Below are positions 41,974-52,582 of a stretch of DNA of 64,000 nt, in pieces (the first letter of the stretch is position 1; each line of letters starts with the position of its first letter). The DNA is from a virus, in the IMG/VR virus record IMGVR_UViG_3300035698_028218, positions 7,745 to 71,744 of that record. One strand, given 5' to 3'. The translations under genes and the position numbers were made by a program. The notes under the pieces are model-generated. The model was not told where the DNA came from, made no database searches, and saw only the letters and a list, made by a program, of their open reading frames with translations.

Positions 41974-42800
41974 TGGGTGCATTGAAGGGTGATTTAACAA
42001 TAAAGGGAATAGATTTCATTGAGTCTACTTGCAATAATGATGCGAACATATTATCAGGTAAAAGAGATACCCCATTTGGGTATCTCGGTGAGGATATTAC
42101 TTATACATCAATAATTAATTATAATGGTTTGGAGATTACAACACCACAACAATATTCAAAACTATTAATAGAATCATTTAATAAGTACGGTAGGGAATAT
42201 GGTTTGGATTCTAATATACTTGCAGCTCAAGCATATCAAGAGAGTTCATTTAGACCTTGGAATTACTCTAGTGGAAATGCTATGGGTGTATCTCAATTTA
42301 TTCCTATATCTGCATATGATGTTCTAATTAATAATCCCGCAACGAAAAAAGATTTTTCATCAGAAGAGTTAGGTAAATTATTAAATGGATTAGTAGACCC
42401 AATATATAAAAATAAAAGATATTGGAAACTCCCTCTTGGTAATTCTCAAACAGAAGATCAGCAAGTGAGAAATAATGTAAATCAAGTGTTTGAAAACTTA
42501 AGAAATAATCCTGATTTATGTATTAAAATGCAAGCATCATACATGAGATTTATTTCATTAAATAATAATGGTTTGGCTTCAAGTACATTGATGGCATATA
42601 ATAGAGGTGGCTACTATAGAAGTAAGACATATGGTGGAATGATAAATAATGTTATTAATGGTAAAACTAAGATTGAAGAGGGTGCAAATTATGTTGAAAG
42701 AATCTTTAGAAATCTAGGTAATTCATTTGGTTACGAAGATATGATCGATTTCAATATAATTGACATAACAAAAAATTCAAAACCCTTATTTTTAGAATAA
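41973..42800 (+). CDS. Lytic transglycosylase (SLT)
   Basis: AQAYQESSF, AMGVSQFIP, AYNRG, NYVERI. Confidence 0.9.
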   Translation: MGALKGDLTIKGIDFIESTCNNDANILSGKRDTPFGYLGEDITYTSIINYNGLEITTPQQYSKLLIESFNKYGREYGLDSNILAAQAYQESSFRPWNYSSGNAMGVSQFIPISAYDVLINNPATKKDFSSEELGKLLNGLVDPIYKNKRYWKLPLGNSQTEDQQVRNNVNQVFENLRNNPDLCIKMQASYMRFISLNNNGLASSTLMAYNRGGYYRSKTYGGMINNVINGKTKIEEGANYVERIFRNLGNSFGYEDMIDFNIIDITKNSKPLFLE

Positions 42801-43529
42801 GGATTCGTATAGTCTATATATCTCAATCATATTGTCCTCCGAATATTCGAGTGAATTTGTTTTATTAAGCGTCTCCTGAATCTTTGACTTCATTGCTGGT
42901 GTTTCTTCAGTGTAGTCATTAAGCATTCCAACAACCTCGTTCTTACAGCTTTCAAATAGCTCTACTTTTCTTTCTTGGTTAGAATAAATAAGAATGTTCA
43001 TTATTTTTCTCTCATTCTCATTAAGATTTGAATACTTGTTATTAAAAATTTTGATCGATTCATCGAGTAAGTCGGTAAAATCTATATTAGTATTTAATGA
43101 AGATTCTTCTATAGCTTCTTCTGGTCTAAGTAAGTTTTCGAGTATTATATTATAACAACTAGTTATTTTCTTTGGATTAGGTATAGTACTTATTTCTTCT
43201 CTAATTAACATATCGACTGCATCATATAAAGCTTCAGTATCCTTGTTTATTTCTTTATCAGTGTTGAACCTACTAATCTTCTTATTCTCACTTAAGTAAT
43301 CAGACTCATTAAAGTCTATGATTCTTCTATTGTCATCAATAAATTTAATTGCAAGTGCTTCGTTAGTGAATTTTTCGTTCTCTAGGTTGCTATAAATAGA
43401 AAATTCTTTTTGTAAAGTTTTTGACTCTTTTATGACGTTAATATAATCCAAAACATCTTTTTGTGTTTCAGTTTTAGCTAACTTTGTTGCCATCCTGTTA
43501 TTTATTTTACCAAAATTTAAAATTTCCAT
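42792..43529 (-). CDS. Hypothetical head-associated protein
   Basis: 245 aa downstream of portal; late motif. Confidence 0.7.
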   Translation of the reverse strand: MEILNFGKINNRMATKLAKTETQKDVLDYINVIKESKTLQKEFSIYSNLENEKFTNEALAIKFIDDNRRIIDFNESDYLSENKKISRFNTDKEINKDTEALYDAVDMLIREEISTIPNPKKITSCYNIILENLLRPEEAIEESSLNTNIDFTDLLDESIKIFNNKYSNLNENERKIMNILIYSNQERKVELFESCKNEVVGMLNDYTEETPAMKSKIQETLNKTNSLEYSEDNMIEIYRLYESLF

Positions 43530-43556
43530 CCTATATAACTTTTATATAAATACTCA

Positions 43557-45518
43557 CTAATTATCTATTTCAGGACTATCTAAATTTAATTCATCAATAT
43601 TAACATTTTCGATATCGTCAACCCATTTTTTCATAGGTACTTCCTTAAAATTAGATTTAATTTTATCATCCTCATCAATAAGATTATCGATCTCTTCTAC
43701 CATCTTATTTACAACACTATTATCAATATTCATTTTTTCAACACTAGTGTTTTTCTTTTCAGCCTCCATGAGGCTAATTCTTTCTGCCTCAAGTTGTTTA
43801 TTCTGTCCCGTCTTTGAGACTGATATTATCTCATTTAAATATGAGTCAATAGATATTTTCACTTGACGTTTCTTACCTTCTCCTTGTACTGGTGGTAAAT
43901 CATTAGGGGTGTCGAAATCACCATCACCACCTGCTCCTGTTGGACTTGGGTTTGATTCAAAATCACCTTCTCCTTGTTCACGATCCTCATCACTTGGTGC
44001 TTCACCTGTTCCATACTTGTCTTCAATCACACTGAATAATCCTGTGTCCTTAACTATGAATGGTGCATCTTGTAATTGTTGTGCCAAAGCCCTTTCCATA
44101 TATTGTACCTTAAGGTCATTAACAATTTCCTGATCAGACATACGGAATATTTTCTTTTTTGCTAACGTATGTGACATACCAGCAATCCCATTTTCACTTC
44201 TAGTTAGATCGTTATAGATTTGTCCTTTGGTACTTAAAATTTCATTTTCTAAAATTTCATTCTGTCTAGATGGGTTATTTAAAGAAATATCGAAATCTTT
44301 CATATCTTCTTTCTTAAACCCACATAAGAATAAATGAATTATGGCAATCTTCTTAAGTTCTTGAACCATAGCAACCTGAACCCTATTCACCATTTTGGTG
44401 AATCTAATATCCATTTGTGCCATGTTTTTACCTTCACCAGCAGAACCTTGAAAACTAAGAAATTGCTTAGGAACACCTAAACCAGTGTATAAATTATCTC
44501 TTAGATATTCAATATCTTGTATTTGATCTAGGTTAGAAGCACCTTGTAATGTATCAATACCTGTTTGAGTATTTCCGTTTCTAACTGGTAAAAAAATATC
44601 TTCGTCATTACCTAAAATATTAAATTTATAATCGATATTTCCATTCTCTGGAAATACGTTTGCAGTTCTTTTAAAGTTGTTTGCAACTTGAGCAATATAT
44701 GGTTCGATATCATCATCATCCATATTACCTACATCAATCTTAAAGACTCTTTTTTCTCCAGCCCTTAAAATTCTATATGTAAGCATAGCATCTTCTGCCA
44801 TAATTAGCTGCCTAAATACTCTTCTAAGTTTATTAAGAATAGATGATCCGTATGGTAAATATTTATCGTCACCTAAAACCCTGAAATGTGCAATTTCAAA
44901 TATATTAAATTCATTTTTACCGTCTCTTTCTGTGAATTTAACGGTTAATTTACCATTAGTGATTGTTTCTTTTCTTTCAACATCATAGTTGGTAAGTTGT
45001 TTCGCATGAACTATTCCCTTTGTCTTCTCACCTAATAAATAAACAAAGTTATCACCATATTTTATTGTATTTCTAGTCCATAGAGGTAAAGTAACATTTA
45101 CATTAAGTTTATCGTAAAATAGACTTTCTAGTTGATCTTTAATTCTATCTTTATCACTATATATGTTTAACATTTTACCAGTCTCTCCAATGGTAGTTGC
45201 TTCTTCAGCAATTAGATCGAGTGCTCTACCGATTATTGGGTAATACTCCATACCCTCGTAATCAAGATATGCTGGTAGTCTCTGTGCTTCAAATTGCATT
45301 GATTTTTGATACGCCTTATCTGTGGTATCAAAAAATTTCTTCTGATTTTTTTGTGCTTGCTGAAGTTCTCTGCTTTTTCTTAGAATATCTTCAGGCTTAT
45401 TACCTCTAATTACAATCTTCTTATTTTGCTGATCTTCACCAGATGGCATACCAGACTCTTCAAACTGTAGGTATTGTGTTATTTTTTCTAAAATCGTACT
45501 ATTTGTTCTGTCTGCCAT
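43557..45518 (-). CDS. Portal protein (gp20-like)
   Basis: DYEGMEYYP, PYGSSIL, AEDAMLTYRILRAGEKRVFKIDVGN, EDIFLPVR, IDTLQG, DIEY, DIRF. Confidence 0.96.
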   Translation of the reverse strand: MADRTNSTILEKITQYLQFEESGMPSGEDQQNKKIVIRGNKPEDILRKSRELQQAQKNQKKFFDTTDKAYQKSMQFEAQRLPAYLDYEGMEYYPIIGRALDLIAEEATTIGETGKMLNIYSDKDRIKDQLESLFYDKLNVNVTLPLWTRNTIKYGDNFVYLLGEKTKGIVHAKQLTNYDVERKETITNGKLTVKFTERDGKNEFNIFEIAHFRVLGDDKYLPYGSSILNKLRRVFRQLIMAEDAMLTYRILRAGEKRVFKIDVGNMDDDDIEPYIAQVANNFKRTANVFPENGNIDYKFNILGNDEDIFLPVRNGNTQTGIDTLQGASNLDQIQDIEYLRDNLYTGLGVPKQFLSFQGSAGEGKNMAQMDIRFTKMVNRVQVAMVQELKKIAIIHLFLCGFKKEDMKDFDISLNNPSRQNEILENEILSTKGQIYNDLTRSENGIAGMSHTLAKKKIFRMSDQEIVNDLKVQYMERALAQQLQDAPFIVKDTGLFSVIEDKYGTGEAPSDEDREQGEGDFESNPSPTGAGGDGDFDTPNDLPPVQGEGKKRQVKISIDSYLNEIISVSKTGQNKQLEAERISLMEAEKKNTSVEKMNIDNSVVNKMVEEIDNLIDEDDKIKSNFKEVPMKKWVDDIENVNIDELNLDSPEIDN

Positions 45519-45583
45519 TTTTATATAAAATTATACTTTTTTATAAATACTATTAATATCTATTAAAATCATTAATAAATACT

Positions 45584-47647
45584 TTATCTCTTCTTCTTTT
45601 CCAATCCTTTGAATAACCATCCATGACCACCATATGGATTTTGTCTTGAACTTGAAAAATCTGGTGACCTAGTATTTGAATTATCTCTTATGTGTTGTTG
45701 AACTTTGTCAATAGTATTAGTATACTTAGCCATAGCCTCAAGTATTTTTTTTGTTTTATTATTATCTGCTTTAAGGTCTACCATGTCAAAATTAACAACA
45801 TAACAAGCAATTGCACATCCCATTAATGAATCATCATGAAATGATCTTTTGTGATCTGCAACTCTACTTCCACTTACGGTAACAAATGTATCCATCTCAT
45901 CTGATGTTCTTTTTGACCTAATTGTAACATCTTTCATTCTAACACTTCTTTCAAACTCATGTAATATCGACCCCCTGTTAGAACCAATCATAAAACCGGG
46001 TATTAAGTCCACTTTTTTATATGAACCGTCTGGATTTTGCTTATTAATTGTTTTTACATAAGACCCTAATACATTAGTTGTTGGTTTGTGTGTTATTTCC
46101 GAGTAGTGTACATTATCATGACCCATTTCCAATAGTTTATCTACTGTCTGTGTACCATGACCACCAGTTACATCAACAATAACATAACCATCGTTATAGT
46201 GCCCCGCATAGTGCTGTGCAATATCTCCCAATTGTTGTGGATTTAATTTACCATAGTATTCCGCAACCTGTTCTAATTTATGGGAGTTAACCATTTTCTT
46301 TTTATTCCTACCGTTTTTCCTGATCATCTTCTCAGCGACAACCTTCCTAATTTTAAAAACGTTAAGTGTGGAATAGTCCTCACCATGACCAGAAGATGCG
46401 TCTAGTGAAATAATATACTCCTCACCATCGATAGGGTCTTCCCATATCCACATATTCTTATCGAGCCATTCTTCACGAATAGGTTTTTGATGTTCTTCGT
46501 CTTTAATTCTTTTAAGGTGCTCTTCAGATATGAAGTTATCACCTGACCCTAGAAACGAACATAGAAGCTCCTGAGCGAGTTTCTTTGGGTTGTCTTGATA
46601 ATCTATTAACTGAAGGGCAAACCAACTTGAGGTAGGCTTAAAATCATCCTCAATGAATTGTTTTCTTTTTTTAATTGTAAAGTCCTCATCTTTGATACTA
46701 ATCTCATTATCAAGACCCTTATTTTTTACCCATTTAAGATCATGATCTCCAGTTTCTTTGTTTCTTGTATATCTAGGGTCATTATACCACCAAAGTTCAA
46801 TTGCATTAAAATTACTTTGCTTTTTTGAATCACTTGCCTCATTAAAGTTCTTATAGTAAACTGGGTCAAGACCATTTGGTGTACTAACGAAAATAACGCT
46901 ACCCCCTGTTTGTAGTGTTGGTTTTGCTGATGTCCAAAACTGTAAACTTTTATCACACCACGCAACCTCGTCCCAAAAAACAAGTGTTGGGGTAAGACCC
47001 CTCATACCGTTTGCGTTTGCAGCAAATGCACCTATCTTACAACCATTATCATAAATTTTTAATTTATTGGTGTCTTTTACTGTTGGAAATATTTTTATAT
47101 AATGAGGACAATCAGCAATAAAGTTTGCAATGTCTTTTAATAGTTCTTCCTCTGCTGTTGTTACTTTATCTGCAACCACACCAACCTCTCTATTTTCATT
47201 AAACATGAGATACCATGCAATATATGCACAGGTACTTGTTGATACTCCTGCCTGTCTATATTTGTTTGTTATGTTCCATCTATTATCTCTATAACTATTA
47301 ATTAATTCCTCTTGAAATGGGAATAATTCAAACGGAACAATCTCACCAGAATATCCAGCAGTTTGGTCAAAAATAGTAAAATATGTTTTAATGCAATATA
47401 TTGGATCAATGGAACATCTTAAGAATTCATGATCTTGTTCATCGGGTGTTAATTGGTCAGGTGTTTTAAGTTCACCAGTTGAAGTATGTATTATTGGTAC
47501 ATAATGAGGGGTTTCTTCTCTTAGTTTTTTGGCATATAGCCTTCTTTCCCTTTTTAATTGTTCAATTTCATCATTAACTGGGAATAGTGGCTTGTGATCA
47601 ACACCACCACTGGTTTCATTATTTAAAGTTTCATGTACTTTAGACAT
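45584..47647 (-). CDS. terL: Terminase large subunit (gp17-like)
   Basis: PFELFPFQ, KYRQAGVST, FWDEVA, VSTPNG, QELLCSF, ISLDASSGHGEDYS, HDDSLM. Confidence 0.96.
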   Translation of the reverse strand: MSKVHETLNNETSGGVDHKPLFPVNDEIEQLKRERRLYAKKLREETPHYVPIIHTSTGELKTPDQLTPDEQDHEFLRCSIDPIYCIKTYFTIFDQTAGYSGEIVPFELFPFQEELINSYRDNRWNITNKYRQAGVSTSTCAYIAWYLMFNENREVGVVADKVTTAEEELLKDIANFIADCPHYIKIFPTVKDTNKLKIYDNGCKIGAFAANANGMRGLTPTLVFWDEVAWCDKSLQFWTSAKPTLQTGGSVIFVSTPNGLDPVYYKNFNEASDSKKQSNFNAIELWWYNDPRYTRNKETGDHDLKWVKNKGLDNEISIKDEDFTIKKRKQFIEDDFKPTSSWFALQLIDYQDNPKKLAQELLCSFLGSGDNFISEEHLKRIKDEEHQKPIREEWLDKNMWIWEDPIDGEEYIISLDASSGHGEDYSTLNVFKIRKVVAEKMIRKNGRNKKKMVNSHKLEQVAEYYGKLNPQQLGDIAQHYAGHYNDGYVIVDVTGGHGTQTVDKLLEMGHDNVHYSEITHKPTTNVLGSYVKTINKQNPDGSYKKVDLIPGFMIGSNRGSILHEFERSVRMKDVTIRSKRTSDEMDTFVTVSGSRVADHKRSFHDDSLMGCAIACYVVNFDMVDLKADNNKTKKILEAMAKYTNTIDKVQQHIRDNSNTRSPDFSSSRQNPYGGHGWLFKGLEKKKR

Positions 47648-47665
47648 ACTTTTTTAGTATAAATA

Positions 47666-48139
47666 CTAGGATTTGATTTCTCCATTATAAATTAGGTTTT
47701 CACCATCCAAAACAAAGTCTCTTTCACCTAAAATTTCTAACACTTGAGTTTTTGACATTGCATAATGAAAAACAAGTATTGGTAGATCATTCCATAAAAC
47801 AGCATTATCGTCTAAATTATTATCATCATCCTCACCATTATAGTCTTCATAAGCAATTGCATGTATAGAGAAAAACCCATGTTCGTATGGTCTATCGTCA
47901 GATTCATGTAAACAAATTAAATTAAACTTTTTGGTTTTAAGTTTCACCATGTCATTAACATACTCAAGTGGTATTAAAGTATCGATAAAATTTGATGCTG
48001 GTAATTCTCCCCAGTCATAATTATCTGTTTCAATATCATATGGTGCTTTACTGAAAAGGAATTCATAAATCCCTTCTTTTTTTGCATTATAACCAACTTT
48101 TAATATAAAAATTAATTTTAATTCATCATTTTTTGTCAT
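47666..48139 (-). CDS. Hypothetical protein
   Basis: 157 aa ORF upstream of terL. Confidence 0.7.
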   Translation of the reverse strand: MTKNDELKLIFILKVGYNAKKEGIYEFLFSKAPYDIETDNYDWGELPASNFIDTLIPLEYVNDMVKLKTKKFNLICLHESDDRPYEHGFFSIHAIAYEDYNGEDDDNNLDDNAVLWNDLPILVFHYAMSKTQVLEILGERDFVLDGENLIYNGEIKS

Positions 48140-48169
48140 AACCTATTATTATTATTTTATAAATATAAC

Positions 48170-48190
48170 AAAAAATCCCCTTACGGGGAC
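48170..48190 (-). terminator. Intrinsic terminator
   Basis: Minus strand GTCCCC-GTAA-GGGGAT followed by T run. Confidence 0.75.
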
Positions 48191-48194
48191 TCTT

Positions 48195-50672
48195 TTATTT
48201 GGAAAAGTTTTTGAGATGTTGATCAATCAACTTATCAATTAGTTGGGAGGTTTGTGATTCATTTAGTGAATTCTTACCTTCGACCCTTTCTTGTAGTTTT
48301 TTTCTAACGTATCTCCTTAATTGATCTTCTTTAGATTCAGTTACTGTCATATTAACAGTATCGTTTGCTAGATCAATATTTATACTCTTTGATTTCGGTG
48401 GTGTACCAACCCCCATAATAGTACCCGCTGGTGCCATTGCACTAGGAGCCTCTTCATGATGCTCAGGCATATCTGAATTTGATACCTCATCATCATCATC
48501 TTCACCTAAAGGTTCACCCGTTAAGTCATTACTCTGAACTGCACCATAGTCAAACAAACTACCTTCTTCCACCTTTGGTAATTGATCAACATAATCCGCA
48601 TGTCCATATTCAGCTAATTCAGCAGCAACTTCTGGTGTTACATAAATCGCAACTCTTTCAAAGTCACCGTCATTTTCACCTTCATTATAGTCGTTAGCAA
48701 AAGAACTAATAAGGTTTGCTGCTTCCATTGAAGAAGCACCACCCATGCCTTCGTATCCTTTATCTTGAATAAATGAATCAAATCCACCTTCGTCAGAAAC
48801 TTCACCACCACCTAGTGCATCAATTTGTGCATCGATATTAGTTTCTTCTTCATCAGAAAGTCCACTATCATCAGTTGATTCCTCAACTTCTCCTGTTTCA
48901 GGAGCACCGTTAGCGTCAGTAATTTTATCTGCAATCTCTTCTTTATCAATTGTCTCCATTTGAGCAAGCTCATCTTCAACAGATGCAGTTATACTATTAA
49001 TCATTGCCTTTACATCCTCTGCTGGCATATTCATATTTCTAGCGATTTCAGCAGCTTTACCAATGTATTTATCTAGTTCTTGTTTTTCAAGTGAGTTATC
49101 ACCATTTTCTTCACCAGCTTCAACTTCAGGTTCAGAGGCATCAACAGTATTAATATCAATATCATCTAAATCACCATTTTCTTCACCAGCTTCAACTTCA
49201 GGTTCAGAGGCATCTAGATCATCAAGAGAATCAATAGCAGCTTCAATTTCATCGCCACCATCACCATCCATTGACGCTTCATCTTCGTCTTCAAGTCCCT
49301 CATTCACTGATAGTGACTTAGGTTGCTTAAGTTCTGCTGGCATTGAATCAGTAGCGTTAGCTTTTTCTGCATTTTTCTTTGCATTACTATCGTTTACTGG
49401 TGCATCAGCAGATTCCTTTTTATCTTTTTTGTTTGGCATGATATCACCATCAACAATTTCAGAATCTTTAGTTGTCAAATCTTCTGCCTCTGCAACTACA
49501 TCTACTTTAGATGGTTCTTTTTTTAGTGCCTCGCCCGATTCTTCTTTATATCCCTTTTCTGGTTGTGTTTTATCTGAATAATCAGAATCTGCCGTTTCAG
49601 ATTTAGTTTCATTATCAACTCTATCTCCATCGGTATGATCAGAATCAGCAGTTATAATATCACTACCGCTATCTGTTGCTTTTTTATCGAAAGGTGTTCC
49701 TTTATCAACATCTTCACTAACTACATCATCCTTAGTTTTAGCACTATTTACAGATAATGATTCAGGTTGCTTAAGTTCTGCTGGCATTGAATCAGTAGCG
49801 TTAGCTTTTTCTGCCTCAGATTTCGCATTCTCATCATTAACAGGTGCCTGAGCTGTTTCGTGTTTTTCGTTTTCTTTATTAACAAGTGAATCAGAAATAG
49901 TAATTTCAGAATCAGCAGTTGATAAATCTTCTGCTTCATTAACCTTTGCCTCAGTTGGAATAGAATCCTTAGCCTGAGCTTTATCCGCTTCAGATTTCGC
50001 ATTCTTATCATTTACTGGTGACTGAGACTCTTCCTTACCTTTTTTGGTATTAACATCATCAGAATCTTTTCTTTCAGAATCAGCAGTTATAATTTCCTCA
50101 CTTTCAGAAACAAGACCCAATGCTTTTTGTATTGAGTTTTTTGCGGTTTCGTTTAATACTCTATCATCATCTTTAGCTTTAAAAGACTCCTGAATATTTT
50201 TTTCTAACCTTTTTTTAAATGCCTCGTTAGTACTAGTCATTACCTGTTTTCTACCTTCTAGAATTCTATTAGTGATTACATTATTAGAAGTTACTGTGGT
50301 TTCAGGCTTAGTGTCACTAGATTCTTTTTTAGTCTCAAGAGAGAAAGATTCGTCAATAGTGCTTTTAAACATATTTCTTCTCTTCTGAGCATCATGTAGT
50401 GTGGTATATTTATATAAATTTTTGTTCTCAAGCCCATTAATAAACGCAAAATCACTTTCGTTTAATATATTATCTTGTGAGGTACTAACTTTTATGAAGT
50501 AATCGTGATTTTCTTTAACAATACCATATGCTGTTCCACTATTGCTTCTTACATAATCTATAAGAGTGGTATTAATTATTGATTTGTTTTCGTTTACGTG
50601 GTCTTTTGTGCCGTATTTAGCTAATTCTCTGACTCTTGCGTAAAAATTATTGTTAGAAGTATCTTTCTTCAT
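48195..50672 (-). CDS. Highly acidic, repeat-containing head/internal protein
   Basis: 825 aa, YGIVKENHDYFIK N-domain, repeated TADSE/PVND.NAK units; late motif. Confidence 0.75.
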   Translation of the reverse strand: MKKDTSNNNFYARVRELAKYGTKDHVNENKSIINTTLIDYVRSNSGTAYGIVKENHDYFIKVSTSQDNILNESDFAFINGLENKNLYKYTTLHDAQKRRNMFKSTIDESFSLETKKESSDTKPETTVTSNNVITNRILEGRKQVMTSTNEAFKKRLEKNIQESFKAKDDDRVLNETAKNSIQKALGLVSESEEIITADSERKDSDDVNTKKGKEESQSPVNDKNAKSEADKAQAKDSIPTEAKVNEAEDLSTADSEITISDSLVNKENEKHETAQAPVNDENAKSEAEKANATDSMPAELKQPESLSVNSAKTKDDVVSEDVDKGTPFDKKATDSGSDIITADSDHTDGDRVDNETKSETADSDYSDKTQPEKGYKEESGEALKKEPSKVDVVAEAEDLTTKDSEIVDGDIMPNKKDKKESADAPVNDSNAKKNAEKANATDSMPAELKQPKSLSVNEGLEDEDEASMDGDGGDEIEAAIDSLDDLDASEPEVEAGEENGDLDDIDINTVDASEPEVEAGEENGDNSLEKQELDKYIGKAAEIARNMNMPAEDVKAMINSITASVEDELAQMETIDKEEIADKITDANGAPETGEVEESTDDSGLSDEEETNIDAQIDALGGGEVSDEGGFDSFIQDKGYEGMGGASSMEAANLISSFANDYNEGENDGDFERVAIYVTPEVAAELAEYGHADYVDQLPKVEEGSLFDYGAVQSNDLTGEPLGEDDDDEVSNSDMPEHHEEAPSAMAPAGTIMGVGTPPKSKSINIDLANDTVNMTVTESKEDQLRRYVRKKLQERVEGKNSLNESQTSQLIDKLIDQHLKNFSK
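49098..49214. repeat. 45-bp exact direct repeat, 72-nt period
   Basis: ATCACCATTTTCTTCACCAGCTTCAACTTCAGGTTCAGAGGCATC at 49098 and 49170 (DASEPEVEAGEENGD). Confidence 0.9.
49320..49814. repeat. 51-bp exact direct repeat
   Basis: AGGTTGCTTAAG..CTTTTTCTGC at 49320-49370 and 49764-49814 (AEKANATDSMPAELKQP). Confidence 0.9.
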
Positions 50673-50747
50673 CTTTTTAAAAGTTAATCTTTAGTGTAAT
50701 TACATTTTTTTATAAATACTTAATTTAAGTAGAAAAGTAAGTTTTTA

Positions 50748-50981
50748 TTATCTGGGTGAATATATTTCTTTTATTTTTGTAAAAATCTTATCATCCAATA
50801 ATCCCCGTTTCCTATATTTAAGTAATGTATCTGTAACTGCATCGTTTAATTGTTTACCCTCATGAAGAAATTTTATTTTTTTATCCATCTCTTCACATAT
50901 GGATTTTATTATTCCATTCCTTTTTTTCTTGGTTTCAACAAGTGCATCTATTTGCTCCTTAGTTACTATATATGTTTTCAT
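50748..50981 (-). CDS. Small hypothetical protein
   Basis: 77 aa ORF, ATGA-coupled. Confidence 0.65.
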   Translation of the reverse strand: MKTYIVTKEQIDALVETKKKRNGIIKSICEEMDKKIKFLHEGKQLNDAVTDTLLKYRKRGLLDDKIFTKIKEIYSPR

Positions 50982-52270
50982 TTTCCAAAATAAGCTTTAA
51001 CTCCGCTATCGATCCATTCTTTAGCTTGATTTATTATTTCATCAGCGATCCCAGCATCCTTAAGATCGTTAGAGGTATAGTCAGCAGCTAGTAACGCAAC
51101 AACCATCCCTAATCCGACAGTACCCTTTTTTAGTTTATCCTTTAAACCACCCTCAGATAGATTTTCCAGTGTTAAATCTTGAGTTAGATTATTTTTCTTT
51201 ATTTCCGAAATCTTTTCAAGATAACCACTTCTTCTAAGTAATTTAAATACAAGGTTTTCAACAGAGTATTCACCTTCTGATTGTAGACCAGATTTTCTGT
51301 ATTCACCCAATCTATCCATTAACTTATCTGCCTCAAGATTTGCAACTTCTGGGTCTTGTATATTTAGAAGCTCGTCAATTTCATTCATGTAGTCAGATGC
51401 CTTTAATTGTATTGAAGGCATATCCAAATTAATCATTGTTTTCTGTGGTTTACTTGACCACTCATTATTAAAAATAGAATAAATACCTGTAGATGAATGA
51501 TCTTCAGAGGTATCCTGAGCATATAATTCAACAGGCAATCCCTTAACTCTAACTTCTTCTATTTTTTGGTTCCAGTTTCTTTTTTTCTCTCTAAAATAAT
51601 CAGAAACAAATTCTCTATCACTTGAAATTTGACCAAAATCAAATAAAATATGAATATCTAAATCACTGTGTTCTGACCAATTGAAATTAGCTATTGATCC
51701 AGTTAAAATAATATCTTTATATTCTACATCTTCTAGATTAGAATATTTAATAAACTCAAGAACGTTCTTTAAAAGAAATTTTCTAACTTCTTCGTGCATA
51801 TGTTGTTCTTCATCCCAAATCAATGGGTTAAGCTCATCCTTCATAGGTAAGCTAGTTACATCAATACTTTCAGGTTCAATAACCTCACCTAAAAGCTCGG
51901 AAACTGACTTATCTGACCAAAATTTACTAGACCAGTATCTTGGTTTTTTAGTTTCATCATCTTTAGTTTCTATGTTTTTTTCACTAATATTAGTTACTGA
52001 AGGTTTGTTAAAATCAACATCCTTACCGTCATATTCAGATTCATTAAGTGAGGTGTTCTTCGGAATAATTATTATATTATGTTTTGACTTACATGTTAAG
52101 TTTTGGGTCTTAGTTTCATTTATAAATAAACCCATTGCTTTGTCAATCTCACTTCTAAAGTTTTTATGAAACTTCTCATCTAACTTTAAAATAAAGCTAT
52201 TGTTATCTTCAGTTAGACTAAAGTTTTTTGTATATGACTCAGCAATTGCTTTAATTTTATTAATGTTCAT
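50978..52270 (-). CDS. Pol-beta superfamily nucleotidyltransferase
   Basis: DIILTGSIANFNWSEHSDLDIH, PVELYAQD, GEYSVENLVFKLLRR. Confidence 0.85.
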   Translation of the reverse strand: MNINKIKAIAESYTKNFSLTEDNNSFILKLDEKFHKNFRSEIDKAMGLFINETKTQNLTCKSKHNIIIIPKNTSLNESEYDGKDVDFNKPSVTNISEKNIETKDDETKKPRYWSSKFWSDKSVSELLGEVIEPESIDVTSLPMKDELNPLIWDEEQHMHEEVRKFLLKNVLEFIKYSNLEDVEYKDIILTGSIANFNWSEHSDLDIHILFDFGQISSDREFVSDYFREKKRNWNQKIEEVRVKGLPVELYAQDTSEDHSSTGIYSIFNNEWSSKPQKTMINLDMPSIQLKASDYMNEIDELLNIQDPEVANLEADKLMDRLGEYRKSGLQSEGEYSVENLVFKLLRRSGYLEKISEIKKNNLTQDLTLENLSEGGLKDKLKKGTVGLGMVVALLAADYTSNDLKDAGIADEIINQAKEWIDSGVKAYFGK

Positions 52271-52273
52271 GAC

Positions 52274-52525
52274 TTAAAACGGTAAATATTTTTTTTGTAC
52301 TGCATTAAATATATCTTGTTTTACATATCTAAATTCATCTTCACCATATTCAATAATTTTAACTGGATCGGAAATTTCAATGAAATAACCATACTTCTCC
52401 ACTAATGAAGCTAAATCATTAATAAAATTATTTGCTGTACCATCACCAACTTCGTTTATATTTTGTTCTGGTGCACCACCAATACTTGACATTCTCTCAA
52501 ATAATAATTGTTTATCGCTTCGCAT
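52274..52525 (-). CDS. Small hypothetical protein
   Basis: 83 aa ORF after late motif. Confidence 0.65.
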   Translation of the reverse strand: MRSDKQLLFERMSSIGGAPEQNINEVGDGTANNFINDLASLVEKYGYFIEISDPVKIIEYGEDEFRYVKQDIFNAVQKKYLPF

Positions 52526-52582
52526 ATATATAGTTTTTTATAAATACTCCTAATTATTAAGTATTTATCTAAAACGAATTAA

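Noticed and set aside
49098-49814. Direct repeats as CRISPR or att sites
   Set aside because: Only two copies each, in frame within a repetitive protein
50978-52270. CCA-adding enzyme for the mostly CCA-less tRNAs
   Set aside because: Lacks class II CCA motifs (GGxVRD, RRD); substrate cannot be assigned
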